NCBI GenBank assembly: GCA_947372425.1
Contig: CANBTQ010000001.1
Coordinates: 1 to 48,587, forward strand
DNA from: Comamonadaceae bacterium
GTDB taxonomy: Bacteria; Pseudomonadota; Gammaproteobacteria; Burkholderiales; Burkholderiaceae_C
Reading direction: 5' to 3'
Length of the DNA: 48,587 bases
Each line of letters opens with the position of its first letter. Position 1 is the first letter of the stretch. This document shows positions 17,119 through 27,500 of this stretch, in pieces. Under the pieces are notes generated by a model that worked only from the letters and a program-made list of their open reading frames with translations, ran no database searches and was not told where the DNA came from. Position numbers and translations under genes: made by a program.

Positions 17119-18564
17119 TTAAAGCCCGGTCCAGGCATACCAGGGCCCGTCAATTGAGCCTGGTTGTTGCCAAATGGACATGTACACCTGCTTGCCATAG
17201 AAGAACGGCATGCCCCAGGCAAAGGTTTTGGTATCCGCCACATAGCTCGCTCCGGCGTTGGCGGTGCTCCTGGCATTGACCGCACCACCCAAGTCACTGA
17301 AAGCGGTATTGTTGGTCAACGATAGCCGTGCATAGCTGGCGATCTGGAAGGCCACCGCTACAGGTGGATTGGCGGAGAGGTCGCCATCCGACAGCATGGC
17401 ACTCAGATTCGGCAGGGTACTGGCGGGGCAGTACCAGTAATTGGCGACCGTTAGGGCCGACGTCTGGTTCAGGTTGTCACAAGGCGGGACAGAGGCATCA
17501 TAAAAAAATATGCCATTGGTACCCGTGTCCAGGTAACTGTTCGAAAAAATATGCCCGTTGAATTGGGTATGGATACTGAGGTACGAGTCGCTGGAGGTAT
17601 CGGCAACACCCAAGAACACCTTTTGAGCGCCTGGCGGCAGATTGCTTCCATCAACACCCAACACCAACTCGCCCAAAGCCGATTGCGCGCCAGGGTTGTT
17701 CACTGGGATCGCAGGCATTTTCAAAAGCACCCCGTTGTTATAGGGGGCAGACAAGGCGGCAACAGGATTGAAAACTTGCAATGCCCGTGAAATCGGCGTG
17801 AGACTGCAAGTCGCGGAGTCCGTCGCCGCAACTGGGCAGGCGTAGTAGAGCGCGGACGACCCCGGTGGGTCTGTAGCGGTCACATGGTAGCTGCCTTGCT
17901 CGCAATAGAGTCCGCAATCCAAGGTGGTTGAGCCTATACCCAGTACGCCATTGGCGCCCAGGTCGCCGGCAGATGCCAGGATGTTGGATGATTGCGGTGG
18001 TGTTGAGTCCGTGACGGAGTTGCAGCCCGCCGTCGGGCTCAGCGCCGACTGGTCATCAATCAGTTGCACTGCCACCGGACTTTCGGTTCCTTGCTGACCC
18101 AGCCAGACATCCGCTCCGGCCAGGGGTCCCCAGAGCCCCCCAATGACAAAAGGCAAGCATTCCCAAACGTTTTCAGTGGCCGAGACGGTAATGGGTGGCA
18201 AATTCAGCGACTTCACCTTGCTGGCGAGCACGCGTAAACCAACCGACCCCGTATCCACCAGCACATGGTCAATCGTTACGCATTGCAGTGGGTCTGTACG
18301 CAGACCACCCGGGACACAAACGGTCACATCAGCGAACAGCGAATTCGTGCTGGCAGTTCCAAAACCTTGTGGGCCAAGGGCGTCCACGCTGACACGCAGG
18401 TTGTTGCCCGTCTGGATAAAGGATGTGGCAACGGCATCGTTCAGCAACTGGCAGTCGACATTGTTACAGCGCAGTGCAGTGGTGCTGGAGTCGCCGCCAC
18501 CTCCGCACGACATCAATAGCAAGGCCCAAAAAAATACGCCGAACAGTCGAAAGACACAATGCAC
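17119..18564 (-). CDS. DUF3443-like lipoprotein with two Asp-Thr-Gly motifs (pepsin-like aspartic protease fold, putative)
   Basis: Lipobox-like LLLMSC-GGGG; VTVCVPG...IDHVLVDTGSVGLRV and YLDTGTNG; FAWGMPFFYGK; GTG start at 18564 inferred. Confidence 0.75.
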   Translation of the reverse strand: MHCVFRLFGVFFWALLLMSCGGGGDSSTTALRCNNVDCQLLNDAVATSFIQTGNNLRVSVDALGPQGFGTASTNSLFADVTVCVPGGLRTDPLQCVTIDHVLVDTGSVGLRVLASKVKSLNLPPITVSATENVWECLPFVIGGLWGPLAGADVWLGQQGTESPVAVQLIDDQSALSPTAGCNSVTDSTPPQSSNILASAGDLGANGVLGIGSTTLDCGLYCEQGSYHVTATDPPGSSALYYACPVAATDSATCSLTPISRALQVFNPVAALSAPYNNGVLLKMPAIPVNNPGAQSALGELVLGVDGSNLPPGAQKVFLGVADTSSDSYLSIHTQFNGHIFSNSYLDTGTNGIFFYDASVPPCDNLNQTSALTVANYWYCPASTLPNLSAMLSDGDLSANPPVAVAFQIASYARLSLTNNTAFSDLGGAVNARSTANAGASYVADTKTFAWGMPFFYGKQVYMSIWQQPGSIDGPWYAWTGL

Positions 18565-18571
18565 TTCGCGA

Positions 18572-19036
18572 CTACCCCAGACCAATGGTTTGCAGATTGA
18601 TACCCGGCGGCAACAGAGAGCGGCGGTACGCAAAACCGCTATACACACTCATGTGCCCCGATGATTGCACCACCAAGTCGCTCCCTTGGTGCAGAAACTG
18701 CCGCTGCATGCCACCGTGCCGGGCCGCATCGTGCGCGGCGCCGGTGTAAGCGGCGTAGGAACGGCCCAGCAAGCTCGACAAGTCGGGCTTGTACAAGGTG
18801 TGCCAAGTTACCGCAAAAACCTTCCCGTTGCCGGTGACGTACTGTGTGATGCGTGATCCATCGGCACCCTGGAGTTCATGCAGCGTGTACTGCGTCGCAT
18901 GCGCCAGGGAGTGGGTTGCACGCATACGCAGGCGATCGCCAACGATGGAGCTTTCGTTTTCCCCCAACCCGGCCCAAGCCGACGACACACCCAGCAGGAC
19001 CAGCGCCAGCAGACACCGGCGTCTACTGAAAGTCAT
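18572..19036 (-). CDS. DUF2844-like secreted protein
   Basis: Signal peptide ending AWA|GLG; VFAVTW...PDLSSLLG.Y, VVQSSGHM..YSG.AY; adjacent to its usual partner DUF3443. Confidence 0.75.
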   Translation of the reverse strand: MTFSRRRCLLALVLLGVSSAWAGLGENESSIVGDRLRMRATHSLAHATQYTLHELQGADGSRITQYVTGNGKVFAVTWHTLYKPDLSSLLGRSYAAYTGAAHDAARHGGMQRQFLHQGSDLVVQSSGHMSVYSGFAYRRSLLPPGINLQTIGLG

Positions 19037-21539
19037 ACCGGTAGCCCAGGTAGAAGAAGTACGACTCGCTGGTCTCGTGGTTGGTGGGGCCATCGGTTTG
19101 CGAGGTTTCGTAAATGCCCTCGGCCATCACGTTGGCCCGGTCCGACAGCTTGTAGGAAACGCGCAGTCCCGGTGAGATGCGGCTGACCTTGGTCTGGGTG
19201 TTGTCGGTCTGGGTGTAGTAGCGGATGGACGGCTCCAGGCTCATCTTGTCACCCATGAAGCCGGTCAAATTGTTGTAGCCCAGTTGGGTGCCGTTCATGG
19301 TGTCACTGGTCACCTGGCTGATATTGAAGCCGCTGATGTCGCGCCCGGAATACAGGTTGGAGCCCGTGAGCTGGAACGACACGTTGTACTGCGCGCCGCT
19401 GGCCGGTTGCGCCTGGAAGTTGCCCACCGCCGGCAAGGCGCCCACTTCACTGTAATGCAGGTCCATGGAGCCCTGCCATTTGGCCGACAGCGCCCGCGAA
19501 AAACTGACCATGGCCTGCTTGGCCTGTGCCGCCGTGGCCAGTGCCGAGCGGTGTGCGCAATCCAGCGCCGACATGGACGGGCCGCATTGCAGCGTGGTGC
19601 GCAAGGGGTCGCCCAGGGCCGGGTTGAGCCGGTCCAGCAGGGAGCTGATCGAGGTGCTGCCGGACGAAATCAAGGCATCGCTGAGCTGCAGCGAAGGCGC
19701 TTTGCGGTCATCGATCAGCGTGGTGATGGTCGTGTCATACGGGCCCTGGAAGGAACCTTGCACGGTCAATGCATTGATCTCGTTGAAATTGATGTCGTAG
19801 TCCATCTGGGTGAACATGGACAGCGCCTCACCGAAGTAACGGACCTCGGTGCCAATGGCCCGCCGGTCCGAGTAACCCTCGGTGGTCTGCTCCACCAGTG
19901 ACATGCTGCCGCCCCAGTGTTCAAACAGGTTGTCGGCTTCCAGCATGACACCGGCCATGGACTGCTGCGGCGCATTGACCAGGGTGTTGGCTGGCACGCC
20001 CAGCATGGCATCCACCTTGTAATGCTCGGCCATCGGCATGGCCATGGACACCCCATCAAAGAGGCCGAACAGCGAACCGCCGATGGCCGACTGGCGCCCG
20101 ACACGGAAGTCCGTCCGGCTCTTGATGTCCCGGTAATCCACATAGGCGGCGCTGATCAGACCTTGTGTGGTGGAGTTCAGCGCACTGGCAGTCGCCAGGT
20201 TGTCGGAGTGCGAACCGCGCATCACCACTTTGGTGATGGATTCATCGGTTTCAAAACGCCCGGTGGCATCCCAGCTGGAAACCAGCACCGACTGGTTGGT
20301 GCGGGTCAGGGTGTTCTGGTCGATGCCGGTGGCAATGCTGACCAGCGAATCGGTCTTGGTCTGGCCGCCGTAATAGTATTGCGACACGCTGCCCGTGGCG
20401 CTCAGCCGCTTCTTGTCCGGCTTCAGGCCGGTCGCACCGGCCTGGACCACATTGGTGCCGGCTCCCAGCGCCAACAGCCGCTGCTCCACATGCGCTACCG
20501 CCTCACCATCGGGGTACAGCCGCAGATAGAGCTGGTATTCGGAACGGGCTTTGGCGGGGTTGTTCAGCGCCTCCCATGCCATACCGATCAGCTCCTGCGC
20601 AGCCGGTGTAAACGGGTTGGGTGGCAGCATCAAGGCCTTGTTGGTGATATCCACCGCGTCCTGGTAGCGGCGCTCATTGAAAGCCGCCCGGGCCTTAGCC
20701 AACAGGTCGGCGCCCTGTCCGTCCACATCCGACACGTTCACTTCCACCTGGGGCTGCGGGCCGGGCACGGCCGGCGCCGCGGCAACGGCCTCGGGTGCGC
20801 TAACCGGTGCCGCCAACTGCAGGGAATCGGCCATGGTCATCACACCGGCAGCGGGGAAACTGGCGCGTGCGCGCTGGCGTACCGTCTCGGCGTCTTTCTC
20901 GCTCTTGAAGAAGCCCATTACCAGGTCTACGCTCTTGACGCCGCCGCGCACACTGTTCTGGGTATAGACGTCATAGTTCTGGAACGCGGCCGGAATGCGG
21001 GGCATCTGCGCCGCCTGCTCCGGGCTGGCAGACTGCAGCACCACCACAAAGTTGCGGTCCAGCGCCGCGTCCGCGGGTTCAGGCAGGGCATCGGCCACGG
21101 ACAGATCGCCCTCGGCCCGGTTCTTGAACACCAGGTCAATCACGCGGGAGCCCGGGCCCTGGCGCACCTGCAGCAGCATCTTCTCGCTCAGGCGCACGGT
21201 CAGCAACTTGGTCAGCGCCTTCGGTGCCGGGGTGTAGTTCAGGTCAATGCGCGGGCGTCCGGCATCGGCGCCCAGGCGTTTGCCTTCTTCTATGGTCTGG
21301 CTCAGCACCACCTCTTCGGCGGAGATCATCTGAAAGCTCAGCTGCGCCAGATCGGTGGCAGTGCCAGCCGCCGGCGCCTGGCGCAGGTAGCGCACATTGG
21401 CGGCAAAGGTGATGCGGGCAATCGTAGCCCCGCCGTCCTGCACCCAGTCCAGGCTCTCTATGGTTTGTGCTGCGGCCAGTTGCGCAAGCAGGGCCAGCGC
21501 GGCCCCTGCCAGCCAGGCAATGCGTGGAGATGTTTTCAC
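19023..21539 (-). CDS. Outer-membrane beta-barrel (porin of a PCC3-like conduit) with N-terminal periplasmic SPOR/TPR-like region
   Basis: Signal peptide; helical repeat region (AQELIGMAWE, EYQLYLRLYP); C-terminal ~450 aa of amphipathic strands ending YLGYRYDFQ; GTG start 1 nt after the giant cytochrome stop. Confidence 0.82.
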   Translation of the reverse strand: MKTSPRIAWLAGAALALLAQLAAAQTIESLDWVQDGGATIARITFAANVRYLRQAPAAGTATDLAQLSFQMISAEEVVLSQTIEEGKRLGADAGRPRIDLNYTPAPKALTKLLTVRLSEKMLLQVRQGPGSRVIDLVFKNRAEGDLSVADALPEPADAALDRNFVVVLQSASPEQAAQMPRIPAAFQNYDVYTQNSVRGGVKSVDLVMGFFKSEKDAETVRQRARASFPAAGVMTMADSLQLAAPVSAPEAVAAAPAVPGPQPQVEVNVSDVDGQGADLLAKARAAFNERRYQDAVDITNKALMLPPNPFTPAAQELIGMAWEALNNPAKARSEYQLYLRLYPDGEAVAHVEQRLLALGAGTNVVQAGATGLKPDKKRLSATGSVSQYYYGGQTKTDSLVSIATGIDQNTLTRTNQSVLVSSWDATGRFETDESITKVVMRGSHSDNLATASALNSTTQGLISAAYVDYRDIKSRTDFRVGRQSAIGGSLFGLFDGVSMAMPMAEHYKVDAMLGVPANTLVNAPQQSMAGVMLEADNLFEHWGGSMSLVEQTTEGYSDRRAIGTEVRYFGEALSMFTQMDYDINFNEINALTVQGSFQGPYDTTITTLIDDRKAPSLQLSDALISSGSTSISSLLDRLNPALGDPLRTTLQCGPSMSALDCAHRSALATAAQAKQAMVSFSRALSAKWQGSMDLHYSEVGALPAVGNFQAQPASGAQYNVSFQLTGSNLYSGRDISGFNISQVTSDTMNGTQLGYNNLTGFMGDKMSLEPSIRYYTQTDNTQTKVSRISPGLRVSYKLSDRANVMAEGIYETSQTDGPTNHETSESYFFYLGYRYDFQ

Positions 21540-21540
21540 T

Positions 21541-24500
21541 TCAAGGTCCCACCGGTATTGGCTTGGTTCTGGTTAGCCCACGCAATTGACGCCGTATCAA
21601 TTCACCATTGGTGACGTGGCAGCTGATGCAGGTCAGCTTATCCGGGCTGGCAACATACAAAGGCGAAATATGGTGGTAATTTGCCGGCAACCAGCTCATA
21701 TTCTTGTGGCAGTTGTCACACGAACGTGTGGTATTGAAATGCCCTGCCGGCCGGCCGGAGGCATTCATGCCGTTGTGGCAAGCCTGGCAGGTGTTGGCCG
21801 AAACGCCATTGTGGTTGAACTGCGCCGGCAACCAGGTGGTGGGACGGTGGCAGGTGTCACACGAGGTGCCAACCATCAAATGGCGCGCTGGCATGCCAGA
21901 GGCACTCTTGCCATCATGGCAGGTCTTGCATTTGCCGGCCTCGACGCCCTTGTGGTCGTAGCTGTTGCCCAGGCTTCCCCGGCTCAATTTTCCGCCTTGC
22001 GTATTGGGACGAATCAGGCTCATGTCGGGGTTGACGTGGGCCGAACGCATGACGGGCTTTAACAAGCTTCTGTGGTTATGGAATCCACTCGCATAGCTGT
22101 GGCAGTTGCCGCCGTCGCACTCGTTGGGAATCTTTTGCTTTGTACTGGTATGTTTGCTGGGCGTGCGCGTTTCAAAACCCTTGACATTGGTCCACGCCAG
22201 TTTGTCCTCATGGCATTGCGAACACAGCATGCCCGCGGTCTTCGCGTTGGCATGACCCGCACTGCCCATGGTGGTATTGGCGAACGTCGACGTACTGCTG
22301 TGGCACGCATCACAACTGAGCACTGCGGTACCTGTTTTGGTGGCTGTGGGCACGTGCGTTATCGTGGCTGTGGTGACGGGTCCTAATCCGGTTGTGATCA
22401 TCGGCTGATACGTGATGGCGGCTGAACTGCAATCCGTATTGGACTGGGTTTTACAGCCCGCAAATGGAGCTGTTCCGCTGGTGCCACCAGCGCCGATGGT
22501 GTGGCACGTATTGCAGGATTGCGCTCCAGCGGCTGGTGCCGTATAGGACGCGGGAACAGCACTGATGCCCTTGTGAATTCCCGCTACCGACAGAACGCTG
22601 GATGAGGCGTAAGAATAATCGCCCGACGTTGCTGACGTGACATGGCAATCGGCGCAACTCGCGTTCGTGGTTGGCATGTGTCCTGGCGGTTTACCAGCAG
22701 CAATAAAGGAAGTGGTGCTGCTACCGTGGCACGACGTGCAGTTCCCGCCATCCAATGAAGACGTACCGGTGTGCTTGGCGTCGGCATATCCAAACGGGGT
22801 GGCGGCAGAACCCGGTCGGGTCTGGAATCCGGTGTACTGTGTGGTGAGCACCGACAGGTTCAAAACGCCTGGGCTCGGCTTGTAATAGGTGCCCATGCCC
22901 AACCATTGGGCACCACGCTCATGGCAGTCGGTGCAACTAAGCGTTCCGAGGTTGCTGTGAATAGTCGAATTGTCCACAGGCGCCGGACTTGCAAACAGCG
23001 AACCGGTGCTCGTCACGCCCACCAAGCCCGAAGGAATATTTTTCGTGTGGCAGGCGGCGCAGGCTACGGCGTAGGGAATATGCGTCGTGGCTGAAGGCGT
23101 AGGGCTTGATTTTGGTATCGCCACAATGGCAGTAACGCCCTTAAACGTACTGCCGGTGATTTTGTCACCATGGCACGCTTCGCAGGCTCCGATACTGGTG
23201 TGGTCGAACTTGCCGCCCGCAAACGTACCTCCGGTCACTGGCGTCACCAAAGGTCCACCTTTGTAGACGTGGCACACATCACATTTGTTGATGTTGCCGT
23301 ACGGGATATGCACGATGCCATCGGTGATGGGCGACTTGATGATGTAGGCAGGAATCGCGTTTGCGCCACTGCCAGACGCAGCGATTGACATGTAGCTCGC
23401 ATTGGTCTCGCTGTGGCACTGCTCGCAGTTGCTGGTGGTGGACTGCGCGTACTGGTGAATATTGGCAATGCTTGGGCGCGGCAGCGCGAAATTGATCGAA
23501 CTGCTGACATAACCGCCACTGCCGTTGGACGCCAAGTTGGTATGGCAGTTCTGGCATTGCGCCGTGGCACTGTACGGAATGTGGTTGGCATTCTTGTCTA
23601 CGGCCGAGAACGATTCCGTGCTGCCATGGCAGCCCGCGCACTCAGCACTACCACCCGGGTGGTTTCCATCGGTAATGGAGTTGCCACCACCGGTGCTGGT
23701 GGGCCGCGTCTGGAAGCCCTTGTACTGAACCGGTGGCGTGCTGGCAGGCTGCAAAGTGGTGAAGTTGCGCGGATACAGGCTCAGGTCCAGCCAGACCTTG
23801 CCGGCCTCATGGCAAGCGGCGCAAGCACCACTGACACCGGTGTGGATGGAGGGCCCATCCGGTGGCTGCAGACCGTTGTACTTGAACTTGGTAGCACCCA
23901 GCGTGGTGGTGGTGGACACCGCCGGCACCAGGGTGGACGGCATGCTGCCCAGATGGCAGGTCTCACAGGCCGTGCCGCTGTAGGTCAGCGGGATGTGGTC
24001 GTTGGTGCTGGTGCCGGCCGATCCGGCGGGCAGCACGACGATTTTGGTGATGCCCTTGAATGAACTATTGCCAATGTTGCTGCCATGGCAGGTGGCGCAG
24101 TCTTTGGCAATGCCGGCGTGGCTGTACTGACCCGCCGCAAAGGTGGTGCTGGTGTTGCCGATCTTGGACTGGCCAACCGGGACATTCAGGTGGCAGACGC
24201 CGCAGTCGGTTCCCGCCGGGTTGGGCACGTGAATCGGCGACAGAACCGGTGCCGTCATGCTGACCGGCACGATGCCGCCCTGGAAGGTGGTGGGCGTTAC
24301 CCCACTGTGGCAGCTGGCGCAGGAGGCGGTTGCGTTCGCGTGGCTGAAACCGGAATTGCTGAACTTGGCACCGTTTTGTGTGGCAGAGGTCATGCTGCTG
24401 GAGCCGCCCACGTGGCAGTCCGCGCAATCGAGGTTGGCCATGGGGATGTGCACGGGCGTCGTACTACCGTCCGAAGCACCAACCACGGTCATTTTCGACG

Positions 24501-27500
24501 TGCTGTAGTAGGCGGCATTGGCGGCACTGTGGCAATCTGCGCACTTGGCGTTAACCGGTGCATTGGCGTGGGTCAATGCATTCGATGGCCAGACCCCGTA
24601 GTCGGGGTTGGTGTGGCAAGTGCCACAGGTCACGGACGCCGTGGGGATGTGGTTCAAGGGCTTGGCGGTGGCCTCCCAGACGGTGAAGCCGCTGTGGCAA
24701 TCGGAGCAGTCGCGGTCGACCGGGTGCAGGCTGTCTTGCACGCTGTTGTTGGTCTTGGTGCCATAGGGTCGGGTCTGGAAACCATGGTAGGGCGCAACCT
24801 GGGTTGCCAGATACGGCGCCATTCCCATCCAGTCCATGCCCTTCTCGTGGCAGGTATTGCAACTGCCCGACACGCCGGCATGGATGGCATCGGTCTTGGG
24901 AGGCTGCAACAGGAAGCCGCTGTTGGGCGCTGCATGCGGCGCATTGCCCGGCACCAGCGCGGTGGGCATGGCATTGCGGTGGCAGTCCTCGCAGGTGGTG
25001 GAACTCGGGATGTGCGAAGTGGCTCCCGCCGTAATGGACGGCGGCATCATCACGATGCTGGTTATGCCCTGGAAGGAAGCACCCGTGATGGCGGGGCCGT
25101 GGCACTCGGCGCAATTGCTGGTCATGTTGCTGCCGTGGCTGAAGGACGAACCGCTGAACTTGGCCGTGAGTGGCATCGGCAACGTCAGGCTGCTGGTGTG
25201 GCAGCTTTCACAGGTCTGGCTGCGCATGGGCACGTGCTTGGCCGCATCGGGGCCGACCACCGCGCGCGTGGCGTTACTGCTGTAGGTGTCCGCATTGGCG
25301 CGACTGTGGCAGTCGGCACAGGCACTGTTGGTTGGCAGGTTGGCATGAATTGCCGTGATGGTCGGTGGGGTGCCCCAGGCTGTGTGACAGGCGGCGCAAT
25401 TGGCGGAGCCGTTGTACGGAATGTGCGGCGTGGGCAGCGACGCGGCGCCAAAGGCATCGGTGTTGCCATGGCACTGCGAGCAGTCGCCCTTGTCGGGATG
25501 CCCGATGTCCAGCATCGAGGTGCCCGTTGCGTTGGCAATCATCGGACGGGTATGGAAACCGGTGTACAGGTAGTTGGGGTTGTTGGTCTGCACACTGGTC
25601 TGGTTGCGCGGATAAGCCGAGGCCACACCCACCCACGACAGGCCTGCCTCGTGGCAGCTGGCGCAGGTGCCGGTCACGTTGCTATGGATCGTGGGGGAAT
25701 CGGGTGGCGATACGTTAAAGCCACTGCCGGGAACCGGGTGTGCTGCCGTCACCGACAACAGGCCAGCCGGAATGCTGCCGCTGCCGCTATGGCAGTTTTC
25801 GCAGGCTGCCGTCGTTGGGATGTGCGCGTTGGCGCCTGAGGTCTGCATCACGACCAGGCTGCTCACCCCCTTGAAACTGCTATTGGTAATGGTGGCGCCG
25901 TGACAGGCGGCGCAACCCGTCGTGAAATCCGTGTGGATGAACTGACCGCCTGAAAACGAAGGACTGCCGGTGTAGCCAGTCGATGGCACCAAACCGGGTG
26001 GAATGCTGTTGGCGTGGCAGATTTCGCAGCCCACATTGCTGCTGGTCGGAATGTGGCGGGGCGTCAGACCGTAAATTGATTTGGGAGTGACACCGTAAAA
26101 AGTTCCGGCAGCGACACCGGAGCCATGGCAGTCGCCGCAATTGGTCGTAATGCCCGTGTGAATGAAGGCCGAGCCGCTGAACTTGGAGCCTTCGGGCACG
26201 CTGCCGGCGGGCATGCTGGTGCCTGCGCCCATGTGGCAGGCCGAGCAGTCCAGACCACCCAGGGGAATGTGGTTGTTAAAACTGCTGTCTTGTGTCTGGA
26301 TCGGCTTCAGCGTCGTGGTGGCCTTGAACTGCCCGACATTGGCCGAGTCGTGGCACTGCTGGCAGTTGCTGGTGGTCGATTGAATATAGGTATGGATCAC
26401 ACCCACCGTCGGCGCCGTGCCGAACTTGACGTGGCAGGTTGCACACGCGGTATTCGCGACGTAAGGGATATGGCCGTTCGGTTGGCTGGGCTGACCAAAG
26501 GCCAGCGTGTCACCGTGGCACAGCGAGCAGTCGCCCGAACTCTGGTCCGGGTGACCCCCGTCGGCCACCGAGTAACCCGACGCGTTCAACAACGGCCGGG
26601 TCTGGAAGCCGTAGTAGTTGCCGGTGCCGGACGTGGTACGGGGCGGGCTGAGCAGGTTCATGCCCATCCAGCTCAGACCGGCTTCGTGGCAGCTGTTGCA
26701 GCTGACTTTGGCGTCGTTGTGAATCGTGACCGAATCGGGCGCCGGTGCCTGGAACAGGCTGCCCGGTACGTTGCGGGTAGACGAGGCCGGGATGAGCGCG
26801 GTGGGCTTGCTCGACGCGTGGCAGTTTTCGCAGGTCGTCGAGGTGGGCAGGTGTCCGCTGGGCGCGGCGGTCGATGGCATCACGATGATGGGGTTGATGC
26901 CATAGAAGCTGCTGTTCGAAATATTCGGGCCATGGCAGGCCTCGCAGCCGGTATTCGCCGCCGGGTGCAGGAACTGTGCGTTGGCAAAGGTGGTCATGCC
27001 CAGAGCGGGAACCAGGCCCGTGGGCGCGCCATTGGTGTGGCAGGTGTCGCAGGCGGCGCCGGCGGTGGTGGGCACGTGCGCCGGTGCCAGGTTGCCAATC
27101 GTCTTGGGGTAGACACCCTTGAAGGTGCTGGCGGTCACCGTCGCGCCATGGCAGGTCGCACACGATACGGTGCTGCTGGCATGGTTGAACAGGGAACCAC
27201 TGAACTTGGCGCCATCGGGCACCAGGGCGCTTGCAACGCTGGAGCCGGCACCGACGTGACAACCCTCACAACCCAGACCGCCCATCGAAATGTGCAGGTC
27301 CGGCACCGTGACAACGGCCGTCTTCATGCCGGTGCTGTAGAAGGCTGCCTTGGCGGTACTGTGGCATTGGTCGCAACCGACGATGGACTGGCTGTACAGG
27401 TGGATGGCCGACACCTTGGGCAGGCTGCTGAAGTTGCCGTGGCAGGCGGCACAGCCCACGTTGGCGTCAAACGGAATGTGGTTGTCGGGCTTGACCGGTG

